Source: an uncultured Candidatus Entotheonella sp.
GTDB lineage: Bacteria; Tectomicrobia; Entotheonellia; Entotheonellales; Entotheonellaceae
Assembly (NCBI GenBank): GCA_965215335.1
Contig: CBDCDA010000001.1
Span: 1,568,001 to 1,632,000, forward strand
Reading direction: 5' to 3'
DNA length: 64,000 nucleotides
Shown here: positions 48,321-57,202 of the stretch, piece after piece
Numbering within the stretch: the first letter of the stretch is position 1
Layout of the letters: every line of letters begins with the position of its first letter
Position numbers and translations under genes: made by a program
Notes under the pieces: model-generated
Told to the model about the DNA's origin: nothing
Databases searched by the model: none
Seen by the model: only the letters and a program-made list of their open reading frames with translations

Positions 48321-50565
48321 GCGGTTCTCCACCCGGCGGGCCGAAAAAGATGGTTTCCATGACGTCGAGGCACTGCCTGCGACGCAAGGCCTCGTCGCTC
48401 GTCATCCCCTCTGCCTGATGACGCGCGCCTTGCAGGTAGGCCGCCACCGCGTCGCCCACCAGCCCGCGGGCGTCTTTGCCGTATGACGCCAACTGGTCGT
48501 CCAGCCAGCGCGACACCGTCTCTGGCATGCCTTGGCCCTGACTGCAAGCGAGCGCTCGTTCTTCGAAGTCCGGCACGAGGCGTTCGACGAAATCGAGCCG
48601 CTTGTCAAGCGACACCAGGGCGGAAATGCGCAGCGCGTAGTCCGGCAGGTCAACGCCGATGGTCGCCAGCATCTGACGGGTGAAGGCGTCGGCCAGGCGT
48701 TGCGCCAGGGCATCGGTGGCCGCCTTGCTGCGCGTCAGGGCGTCGTCCCCGGCCTCGATGCCCAAGGGCGGCGCCGGGACTTCCAGGTACAGCTTGTTCT
48801 TGGGCTCGGTGCCGGAGGGTCGAATGATGGCGCGTGCGCCGTTGGCCAATCGATACGCCAACACGTTGCGGGCCGCGCGATCGGTCTCGGACAGCAACGG
48901 GCCGTGCACGCCCCTTTCGTTCCAGTGGTCGACCGCCCGCGTTACCTCCCAGCCGGCGATTTCCGCGGGCGGGTTGCGGCGCAGGGCGTCCTGAATGTGT
49001 TGAATGCGGCTGGTGCCTTCCGCTCCGCTCATCACCATCGAAGTGCCGAGGTTGGCGAAGTAGCCGTGGCGCTTGTAGATGCCGTCCAGGTAGTCGAGCA
49101 GTACCCGTCCCTGCTGGCGCTGCCAGGCCGCCAGCTCAGCCAGCAGCAGGGCGGCGCCGGCGGCGTCTTTGTCGCGCAGCCCCGGAGTCACCAGGATGCC
49201 GTGGCTCTCCTCGACGGCGATGATGAAGTCGTCCAGTGTGGCGGTCACGGCGCCGTATCGTTGCCGCTGCTCGATCTGGTGCAGCACGTTGGCATGGTAC
49301 TTGATGCCGACCAGCAGGTCGCCGATCAGCGTGCCGCCGAAGTGGGCGGTAATGGGCCGCAGAAGCTCGGTGGTCACTTCGGTCTTGATCGCCAGCGGGC
49401 GGGCAGGCAGGCGTCCGAGGCGTTGCAGTTGCTCCAGCTTGTAATGGGTGACCAGGACGGCGATTTCGTTGCCGGTGAGAAAACGGTAGGCGCCGTCCGG
49501 GGTGCGCGAGCAGGCGCCGATACGGTCGGCATCAGGATCGCAGGCCAGCACCGCGTCGGCGCCCGCTTTCCCGGCCATCGCCATGCCCAGCGCCATGGCC
49601 TGCGGCACCTCCGGGTTCGGAGCACGGAACGGCACCGCCGGAAAGGCGCCATCCGGAGGCGCCTGCTCGTCCACCATGACGACTTCAAACCCTGCTCGCC
49701 GCAGCACCGCGCCGACCGTGCTGTCAGCCGTGCCGTGCAGTGGAGTGAACACGATCCTGGCGTGCCGCGACGCCGGTTGCAGCGACTGCGCAACGTTCAG
49801 TGCCACGTACGCCTCGTGCACCCGCGGCGGCACCGGCGACAGCAGCCCGCTGGCCTTGGCAGCGGCAAAATCGAGCGTCTCGACCCGTGTGATGTCCGCC
49901 ACCTTGTTGGCCATCGCCTCGTCGTCGGGCGGCACGTCCTGCGCTCCCTGGGCGTTGTAAAACTTGCCGCCGTTGTCGTCGGGATGGTTGTGCGAGGCGG
50001 AGATGTTGAGCCCGGCGCTGGCGCCGAGGGCACGGATGGTATACGACAGCTCGGGCGTGGAGATATACGTCCCGGCGTCTTCCGGCAGCATGTGCACGAC
50101 GACCCCGTGTGCGGCATACACGCCCGCCGCCACACGCGCAAAATCCCGCGACGTCATGCCGAGCAGCGGGTTGGGCAGGTCGGGGTTATACAACCCGCGC
50201 AGGTCCTGGAACACCCGCACGTCGTAGGCGATGACCACCGCGAGCGGCGCCCCGGGATGGCGCTCCTGAAGATAGGCGACGTGCCCCTGCACGGACGACG
50301 CCAGGGTCCACGGATTGAAGCGGTTCGGACCGATACCCACCGGCCCGCGGCGCCCGCCGGTGCCGAACGGCAGCACACGATAAAAGCTGTCCAGCAAGAG
50401 CGACCAGCGCTCCGCATCGATCAACCAGTGCAACTGCGTACGGTACGGCGCCAGGGCGTCCGCGGTGAGCCAGTAGGCCAGGGCATGCAGGGCGTTCTGC
50501 TTGAGTGATTCGGCCACCTGCAAGCCCGCAAAACTCCGTTGCGCACGGCGTTGGAAGTCGTCCAT
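48310..50565 (-). CDS. Phosphoglucomutase/phosphomannomutase family protein with C-terminal extension
   Basis: FGTGGRRG, SASHNH, DPDADR, EESHG, RDKDA, RPSGTEPK; ATG 50565. Confidence 0.92.
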   Translation of the reverse strand: MDDFQRRAQRSFAGLQVAESLKQNALHALAYWLTADALAPYRTQLHWLIDAERWSLLLDSFYRVLPFGTGGRRGPVGIGPNRFNPWTLASSVQGHVAYLQERHPGAPLAVVIAYDVRVFQDLRGLYNPDLPNPLLGMTSRDFARVAAGVYAAHGVVVHMLPEDAGTYISTPELSYTIRALGASAGLNISASHNHPDDNGGKFYNAQGAQDVPPDDEAMANKVADITRVETLDFAAAKASGLLSPVPPRVHEAYVALNVAQSLQPASRHARIVFTPLHGTADSTVGAVLRRAGFEVVMVDEQAPPDGAFPAVPFRAPNPEVPQAMALGMAMAGKAGADAVLACDPDADRIGACSRTPDGAYRFLTGNEIAVLVTHYKLEQLQRLGRLPARPLAIKTEVTTELLRPITAHFGGTLIGDLLVGIKYHANVLHQIEQRQRYGAVTATLDDFIIAVEESHGILVTPGLRDKDAAGAALLLAELAAWQRQQGRVLLDYLDGIYKRHGYFANLGTSMVMSGAEGTSRIQHIQDALRRNPPAEIAGWEVTRAVDHWNERGVHGPLLSETDRAARNVLAYRLANGARAIIRPSGTEPKNKLYLEVPAPPLGIEAGDDALTRSKAATDALAQRLADAFTRQMLATIGVDLPDYALRISALVSLDKRLDFVERLVPDFEERALACSQGQGMPETVSRWLDDQLASYGKDARGLVGDAVAAYLQGARHQAEGMTSDEALRRRQCLDVMETIFFGPPGGEPHVT

Positions 50566-50694
50566 GCTGCCCTCTCCACCGTTGAAGGTCCGGTCCCAAA
50601 GGCGACAAAAGGCCATTTGGCGTGACGTCGGGTTACGCCGCGCTCGAAGCACCAATCGGCGCAGACCCTGGCAACTCTTTTGCGCGTGCGTTCG

Positions 50695-50815
50695 TTAGCC
50701 GGGGTTCCCGAACAGACGCCGGCGCACCACTTCGCTGCTCTCGGATTCGTCGTTGGCCATCAGGCCGCGGGCAACGCGGCGGCCGACCTTGGTGATCCGT
50801 TCCTGCCACCTCGCA
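50695..50815 (-). pseudogene. Possible fragment of a DUF499-family ATPase gene
   Basis: WQERITKVGRRVARGLMANDESESSEVVRRRLF resembles the ExVRRRLF segment recalled for DUF499 proteins; recall only, not searched. Confidence 0.35.
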
Positions 50816-50844
50816 GCGGAGGTGCTTCCTGCATCGCCTGGCGC

Positions 50845-50869
50845 CGCGACAAGCCGCCGGCTTGTCGCG
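50845..50869. repeat. Perfect 12-bp inverted repeat, REP-like
   Basis: CGCGACAAGCCG-C-CGGCTTGTCGCG followed by CACTCC. Confidence 0.55.
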
Positions 50870-51124
50870 CACTCCTTCGGGTACGCCCCTCTATGGTGAC
50901 CTGTACTGAGACATGAACGGGTTTTCCCGGTCGATGACGACATTCAGCAAGCAATGACGGGGGCGACGATTGTTGCAAACGACCCCCTTCGTGTCAATTT
51001 TGCCAGCCCCTCGACGAATGCGATCCCTTCTGTTATGCTCTGCCGCTCGTCACGCCGGAATTGAATTTCCGCTGGACCTCTCGACCAGCGCTCTGATTCT
51101 TCAGGGAGTAGGAAAATCATAGAC

Positions 51125-52525
51125 ATGCGGCGCATCATATTTTGCCAGGAGCAGATGTTTCTGGCGCAGGGATGTCCTGCGCTCTCGGACGACGATACGG
51201 TGCTCTACGTGGTGGACGATAAAGCTTTCGAAGGCCGCCTCGCCGAGGCGGGATACGACGCGCTGTGCGGTGACTTTCGCGATCCGGACACCTATCAACG
51301 CGCCCGCATCGGGCAGGACGATCAAATTCTCGTGCAGGTGCAGAACGAAGCGCTGATGGAGGACATCGTCGACAATTTATACCGCATTGCCAAACCTCCG
51401 TCCGTGGCCGTGGTCACGGCCAACGGCGCCTCTCCCGCCTTGCCCCCCAGCGTCAAGCACATCTCCGTCGGAAGCCTTCTCTGCCAAGACTCCCAACTCA
51501 AACTGCGACACGCCCGCGAGCACCAAAACGTGCAACACTTGCGGGAAGCCCTGTGCGAGGCCGACAACCTGCTGATTCTCATCCAGCACGACCCGGACCC
51601 CGACGCCATTGCCAGCGCCCTGGCCCTGCGCACCCTCCTCGGACGTAACCGGAAGACCGCCGCCATTGGCTCCTTTGGCAAGGTGACGCGGCCCGAAAAC
51701 GTCGCCATGGTGCAGTTGCTCGATGTCAAGATCGAGCACATCACCACCAAATCACTCAGCAGGTACGACGCCATTGCCATGGTGGACGTGCAGCCGCCGT
51801 ACTTCGGCGACATGGTGCTGCCGCGCGTTGACGCGGTAATTGATCACCATCCGTGCGTGGGTAATTACGCCACCCGCTACCGGGACGTGCGAGCGGCCTT
51901 TGGCGCCACCGCCACCATCTTCGTGCGCTACCTGCAAGCGGTCGAGGCCAAGATTACCCAGCGCCTGGCCACGGCCTTGTATTACGGCATCAAGACCGAC
52001 ACCCTCTTCCTCGGACGCGAAACCACCAAAGCCGACATCGAGGCGTTCGCCTACCTGTACCCGCTCGCCAACCACGCGCTCATCCGCCGCATGCAGCGCC
52101 CCAAATTGCCGCTACGCGACCTCGACGCCTTCGCTTATGCGCTGCGCAGCCGCACGGTCATCGGCCCCGTCTTTTTCACGCACCTCGGCATCGTCGAGCG
52201 CGAAGACGTATTGCCGCAGTTCGCCGAGTTTTGCTTGCACGTGGGCGGGGTGGAGTGGTCCGTGGTGTCCGGCATTTTCGGCGGCAACCTGATCGTATCG
52301 GTACGCAACGTGGAAAACGTCAAAAGCGCCGGTGAATTGGTGCGCCACGCCTTCGGGCACCTCGGCAGCGCCGGCGGCCACCGCTCCATGGCCAAAGCCG
52401 TCATCCCCCTGGCCAACCTGGAGCAAGCCTTCGGCCGCCTTAGCGACGTCGAGATCAGCCGGTTCATTCAGCAGGAAGTATCGCAATACCTGGGTGTCGC
52501 GACCCCCGCTGCCGTTTTCGCCTGA
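51125..52525 (+). CDS. DHH/DHHA1 phosphoesterase with N-terminal TrkA-N/RCK-like domain
   Basis: HDPDPDA, VDVQ, IDHH, GIKTDT, AGGHRSMA; the N-terminal ...GDFRDPDTYQRARI... is RCK-like. Confidence 0.85.
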   Translation: MRRIIFCQEQMFLAQGCPALSDDDTVLYVVDDKAFEGRLAEAGYDALCGDFRDPDTYQRARIGQDDQILVQVQNEALMEDIVDNLYRIAKPPSVAVVTANGASPALPPSVKHISVGSLLCQDSQLKLRHAREHQNVQHLREALCEADNLLILIQHDPDPDAIASALALRTLLGRNRKTAAIGSFGKVTRPENVAMVQLLDVKIEHITTKSLSRYDAIAMVDVQPPYFGDMVLPRVDAVIDHHPCVGNYATRYRDVRAAFGATATIFVRYLQAVEAKITQRLATALYYGIKTDTLFLGRETTKADIEAFAYLYPLANHALIRRMQRPKLPLRDLDAFAYALRSRTVIGPVFFTHLGIVEREDVLPQFAEFCLHVGGVEWSVVSGIFGGNLIVSVRNVENVKSAGELVRHAFGHLGSAGGHRSMAKAVIPLANLEQAFGRLSDVEISRFIQQEVSQYLGVATPAAVFA

Positions 52526-52659
52526 AACGCCGCCCCGGCCTGTTCGGGCATCGCCCGCAACAACGCCTTGACGATGGTAGCCGAGTCGCTCGCCGCCAGA
52601 CCGAGAAAGACCCCGATCTGATTCTCGCCCTCGCCGCCGCCGGTCAGCGCCGCATCCAG

Positions 52660-53508
52660 CTATCCCAGGGCTGCCAGCACGGCGGGCAGCGTCAGGACGG
52701 CTTCCTGCAGACAGTCGCGCAGGCGCGCAATCATCGCCTCGTCTTTGTCGGGAATCTCGCCGCGTGACACTTGGGCGATGAATTCCTGCCGCGAGATTGT
52801 CATCAGCAGGGAAGCATTGATTTCCAGTTGAATGGCATGCTGCCGGTCAACGGCCGGCTTCCCGTAGGTCACCACCAGATTGCCGCCCGTATATCCGCTG
52901 ATGTCGTGATGCACCTCAAAGCCACGGCGCGTGAAGGTCGTCGCAATGGGTTCCACCAAAGCCTCGCCGCACGTCGTGCCCCGCCTCGTTCCAATGATGA
53001 TCTGGTAATCCTTCATGCGCCGCGGGCTGCCCGTGTGTCCGTCGATGAGCAGGGCATACCCGTAAGCGACGCGAATCTCGCCGAGCAGGCGTTCGAGCGT
53101 CACGTAATACGGGTCGTAGTACGTCCTCAGACGGGCTTCAAGCTGGTCCGGCCGAAGCGGCTTGGCAAAGATGGGCGCGTCGCGGATGGTGTGGGTGCGC
53201 ACCACGCCGCGATGCGAGCGAATCGTGTCGCCCTGCATCTCGAAATCGTCGCGGCGGCGGTTGACGTCCACAAAGATGCGCGACAGCGGCGTTGCCAGAA
53301 CGGTAGCGCCTTGCTCGTGCAGACCAGCATAGAGGTCGCCGACGAAGGTGTCGGCGAAGCCGTAGGCGAAGGTTGCAAACCAGGGCTCGCAATAGTCGTC
53401 GCTCGTCATGCCGGGCAGGGGTTGCGTGCCGAAGTGGGGAATGCTCACCAGGATGGGGCCGCGTCGGTCGGCAGCGGGATATTTGACGATGGGGAACGCC
53501 GGCGTCAT
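52660..53508 (-). CDS. N-formylglutamate amidohydrolase family protein
   Basis: SIPHFG, SRIFVDVNR, YYDPYY, LIDGHT, YTGG, HAIQLEIN. Confidence 0.87.
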   Translation of the reverse strand: MTPAFPIVKYPAADRRGPILVSIPHFGTQPLPGMTSDDYCEPWFATFAYGFADTFVGDLYAGLHEQGATVLATPLSRIFVDVNRRRDDFEMQGDTIRSHRGVVRTHTIRDAPIFAKPLRPDQLEARLRTYYDPYYVTLERLLGEIRVAYGYALLIDGHTGSPRRMKDYQIIIGTRRGTTCGEALVEPIATTFTRRGFEVHHDISGYTGGNLVVTYGKPAVDRQHAIQLEINASLLMTISRQEFIAQVSRGEIPDKDEAMIARLRDCLQEAVLTLPAVLAALG

Positions 53509-54875
53509 CGGGCGTCACGCAGGACCGGAATGGCGTGCGCGCCGTCGCGAATGAGTCCAAGGCGCGGCGGCCGGCCCAGGCGCTGTTGCCACGCCGCGAC
53601 CACTCGCTGGATGGCTTTCTCGACCATCGGCCCCAGCGCCCGTTCGCCGCTGTAGGCGTATCCCGAGGTGAGGGGAAGTTTTTCAAGTTCGCCGGCGCTG
53701 ATGCCGTTGGTGCAGTAGATCAGGCCCGCCGGGCCGCCGACTTTCTCCAGCACCTTGCACCACATTTCCACCTCCCACTGATCCTTCTGCACGCCCGGAC
53801 GCTCGAACAGCGCCGCGATGTAGTCGCGTGGGCACGGCAGACTGCTCAGCAGGGCGAGCTCGTGCACGTATTCCGCAGCGCCGACGCCGTCGCTGCTGTT
53901 GGCCACCTGGATGAGGGTGCCGCCGTCGACCAGGATGGGCAGGGCGCCGACGGCGGCCTTGGCGGCCTGGTAGTGATCGATGGTGGAATCAATGGTAATC
54001 AGCACCTCATAGGGCGCCACCACCGGCACGCTGACGGCCTCGGCCAGGGATTCAGTCGCGCGCTCGAAGGCGAGCCGCCAGTCGCCGGCGTACACACCCG
54101 TCAGGTCCTTCGCCTCGTTCATGGTGACGTTGATGAGGAAATTGGCCCCCACCCGTTCGGCCACCTCGGTGGCTTCGCGGTGGCAGGGATTGGCGTCGAG
54201 GCTGAGGTTGGTGGCGCCGGGATCTTCCAGGAATTGCGGGCTGTGGAATTTCTGCAGTGTTTCCAGGTTGGCCAGGCCGGGGCAGATGGCCTTGCGGCCA
54301 CCCGAAAATCCGGCCATGAAGTGGGGCTTGATCTCGCCGGTGAGGATTTTGATATCCGCGTCGAGGTAGCGTTTATGGATCAGCACCTCGGTGCCGCTGG
54401 CCGTGGTGCCTACGAGCCGCAGGACGTCGCGGTCCGTCGCGCAGTGGTCGATGATCGGATAACGGGCGAGCACGTCGCCGCCGTACAGGCGGCGCTTCTC
54501 GGCGTCGGTGGTGGCGCGGTGCGTGCCGGTAGCCACCAGAACGACGATGTTTTCCGGAAGCAGGCCCTGCGCTTCGAGGGTGCGGAGCATCGGGAGCAGG
54601 ATGCTCGCTTCGCCGGTGTAGGGAACATCGGGGCGGGTCATGTCGGAAACGACCACGACAGCCGTGCGCTGCGCGGCTGCTTTGCCGGGGCAGGCAGCCT
54701 GGATGACGTCGTCCAGCGGCGCGGTAGCGATGGGTGCGGCGAGCGCTTGGGCGACGGCGCCGGCCGGGTCGGACAGCGCGGCGGGCGGTTGCGGCACGGT
54801 GAGGATGTCCGTGCCCGCCGGAACCTCAAACGATACCGCCGGGACATCGATCTCCAAACGGCAGGGGGCGGTCAT
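53505..54875 (-). CDS. larA: Nickel-dependent lactate racemase (LarA) family protein
   Basis: SDMTRP, ATGTHR, PHFMAGFSGGRK, FHS, YQAAK, QKDQW. Confidence 0.9.
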   Translation of the reverse strand: MTAPCRLEIDVPAVSFEVPAGTDILTVPQPPAALSDPAGAVAQALAAPIATAPLDDVIQAACPGKAAAQRTAVVVVSDMTRPDVPYTGEASILLPMLRTLEAQGLLPENIVVLVATGTHRATTDAEKRRLYGGDVLARYPIIDHCATDRDVLRLVGTTASGTEVLIHKRYLDADIKILTGEIKPHFMAGFSGGRKAICPGLANLETLQKFHSPQFLEDPGATNLSLDANPCHREATEVAERVGANFLINVTMNEAKDLTGVYAGDWRLAFERATESLAEAVSVPVVAPYEVLITIDSTIDHYQAAKAAVGALPILVDGGTLIQVANSSDGVGAAEYVHELALLSSLPCPRDYIAALFERPGVQKDQWEVEMWCKVLEKVGGPAGLIYCTNGISAGELEKLPLTSGYAYSGERALGPMVEKAIQRVVAAWQQRLGRPPRLGLIRDGAHAIPVLRDAR

Positions 54876-54994
54876 ACCATCTCTCCCTATGAAGCCGAAA
54901 ACGCGCCCGCGCCGGGCATCCGACGCGGCTGTCAGGGCGCCCGTTGTAGCCGATGGGACCCGTTTTTGTCAAGACGATTCGCACCGTCGTCGGC

Positions 54995-55024
54995 TTGACA
55001 TGCCAACACCGTGCGCCGTACTGT
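54995..55024 (+). promoter_or_regulatory. Putative sigma70 promoter for hslO
   Basis: TTGACA-18 nt-TACTGT. Confidence 0.5.
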
Positions 55025-55119
55025 ACCCTCACCGTCGCGAGGCACGACCTGCTTGATTCCCACCGATGAAAGCCAGCCAGGACCGATACCGATCAGAACC
55101 CGAGCCAGTGAGGTGCCAT

Positions 55120-55995
55120 TTGAATACGCTGACGAGCGTCGTCGTTGCGAACGCCCACATATACGGCGTCGCCGCCGTTACGACGGCGCTGGTGGAGAAG
55201 GCGAGGGGCATCCACGGCGCCTCGCCGACCGCCGCGGCGGCGCTGGGCCGGCTGTTGACGGGCGGCATTTTGATGGGTTCGTTGCTGAAGGACGCCGCGC
55301 ACCGCGTGACGCTGCAGGTGAGCAGCAAGGGGCCGGTGCGGAGCATCCTGGTTGAGGCAAACGGGGCGGGACAGGTGCGCGGTTACCTGGGACAGCCCGC
55401 CATCAGCGTGCCGTCACGCAACGGCAAGCTCGACGTCAGCGGCGCGGTGGGCAAGGGCATTCTGCACGTCATCCGGGAAACCGGCGCCGCCGAGCCATAC
55501 AGCGGCACCGTGCCATTGGTGTCCGGTGAAATCGCCGAGGACCTGGCGTCGTACTTCGTGCAGTCCGAGCAAATTCCCAGCGCCGTGTCCCTGGGCGTGT
55601 TCGTCACCCCCGACCACACCGTGGGCGCCGCCGGCGGGTTCCTGGTGCAATTTCACGCCAACATCGACGACGACCTGGTTGTCCACATCGAACAGGCCCT
55701 CGGCGCCGTACCGCCCGTCACCAACCTGGTGCGCGAGGGATACGGCCCGCAAGACATCCTGCGCCGCGCCCTCGGTGGCCTGAACCTTGCCGTCGTCAAG
55801 CACACCGCTCCCGCCTGGCACTGCGGCTGCTCCCGCGATCGCGTCGTCGGCGCCCTCCTCGCCCTGGGCCCGCAGCAACTCCGCCAACTCATCAGTGAAC
55901 AATCCGAAACCCAGGCGCGGTGCGAGTTTTGCACCACCGAGTACACGTTTTCCCGGCAGGAACTGGCGCACATGCTGGCCGATGCGCTGGCGTGA
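55120..55995 (+). CDS. hslO: Hsp33 redox-regulated chaperone
   Basis: ALGRLLT, SGEIAEDL, QSEQIPS, CGCS...CEFC zinc motif; GAGGTG RBS before TTG 55120. Confidence 0.95.
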   Translation: MNTLTSVVVANAHIYGVAAVTTALVEKARGIHGASPTAAAALGRLLTGGILMGSLLKDAAHRVTLQVSSKGPVRSILVEANGAGQVRGYLGQPAISVPSRNGKLDVSGAVGKGILHVIRETGAAEPYSGTVPLVSGEIAEDLASYFVQSEQIPSAVSLGVFVTPDHTVGAAGGFLVQFHANIDDDLVVHIEQALGAVPPVTNLVREGYGPQDILRRALGGLNLAVVKHTAPAWHCGCSRDRVVGALLALGPQQLRQLISEQSETQARCEFCTTEYTFSRQELAHMLADALA

Positions 55996-56007
55996 GCGCC
56001 GCGCCGC

Positions 56008-56541
56008 TCAGGGATCTGCCGGCGCGACCGACTGCTCAGGGTCCGCGCTCGGCGCCGCGATTTGCAGGCTGGTCAGGCCGCCGGCGACCTTGCCGAGATG
56101 CGCCCGCAACTCGCTGCGAGAATTGTCGATCATCGTTAGCGCGCGGGAAAAGCGTCCCTCCACTTCTGCCTGCATGGCCGTGATGTCGTTCTCGATGCTG
56201 CGCAGGCAGGCTCGGCCGTCTGTTCCGCCAGCCCCTGGCGGGCGTAGCTGTGCGTCTGAAGCTGGGCGACGCCTTCCCTGGCGCGTGCCAGATGGTCGTG
56301 GATGACATCTGTCGCGCTCATCAGCCGCGCCGTGGCCGAGTCGGTCCTGAGCCTAGACCGGTCCGCAGATCGCCAATGCCCTGGTCCACGCGCGCCTGAT
56401 TTACTCCATGCCCGACACCCGCTCGTTCACCCCGCGCAACTCAATCTGGACGTTGTGCAGCGCCTTCAACACGACCCACAGAACCGCCAGCAGCACCACG
56501 ACCACCGCGAGCAGGTCAAACCCCAACAGTGTCCCGTTCAT
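56008..56541 (-). pseudogene. Collapsed membrane-anchored coiled-coil gene, RmuC-like remnant
   Basis: MNGTLLGFDLLAVVVVLLAVLWVVLK TM segment then a stop; coiled-coil blocks IHDHLARAREGVAQLQ / AMQAEVEGRFSRA / MIDNSRSELRAHLGKV in different frames. Confidence 0.45.
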
Positions 56542-56572
56542 GAGCGCGTCCTCTCGTCAGGTCGACAGGTCA

Positions 56573-57196
56573 TTACGTCGGTCGGAAGTTCCACTGTTCG
56601 ATCAACCACTGGCTACCTTGCAGGTGCAGGAAGCACAAGGCGCCGGTGGCAATCTTGATGCCGTGCTGGCGCCTGAAGCCCTCGAAATCGCCCGTCAAAT
56701 GCGGCGCGAAGCGGGCGATGCCGTTGCTGGTCACGACGAGCACCGTCTGGCCGCCAAAGGATTGGCGGCAGGTGTCTGCGAAGGCCAGCCAGTCGTGGAT
56801 GATGGCCTGCGGGTCGGCCCGCCAGCCGGGCGGCACCCTGGCGTGTTCGTTCCAGTCGCGGAGGGCCTGAGCGCCGACTCTGGCGACGACGGCGGATTCA
56901 GGCTGGTTCTCGTCGGGGCCATGGTCGATCTCGTTGAACCGCACGTCGATGGTGATGGGCGGGGCGCCCCCCAGGGTTTCCACGGCGAGGCGGGCGGTGT
57001 CGTAGGAGCGTTTCAGCGGCGCGGCGAACACGGCGTCCGGCACCATGCCGCGGTGGCGCAGATAGCCGCCGATGCGTTGCGCCTGCGCCTCGCCGCTTGC
57101 GACAAGCGGCAGGTCGGTGCGTCGTCCGACCCGTCTCGGGACATCGTTGGGCCCGAAGGTGTTGCCGTGCCGGGCGATGATCAATCGCGTGGTCAT
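56573..57196 (-). CDS. Histidine phosphatase family protein
   Basis: ARHGNT, LKRSYDTA, FNEIDHG, VTSNG. Confidence 0.88.
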   Translation of the reverse strand: MTTRLIIARHGNTFGPNDVPRRVGRRTDLPLVASGEAQAQRIGGYLRHRGMVPDAVFAAPLKRSYDTARLAVETLGGAPPITIDVRFNEIDHGPDENQPESAVVARVGAQALRDWNEHARVPPGWRADPQAIIHDWLAFADTCRQSFGGQTVLVVTSNGIARFAPHLTGDFEGFRRQHGIKIATGALCFLHLQGSQWLIEQWNFRPT

Positions 57197-57202
57197 GGGG
57201 GC

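Noticed and set aside
52526..52659. Open frame continuing past the amidohydrolase TAG (possible readthrough or gene scrap)
   Set aside because: Short, no recognisable motif, and no recoding signal evident.
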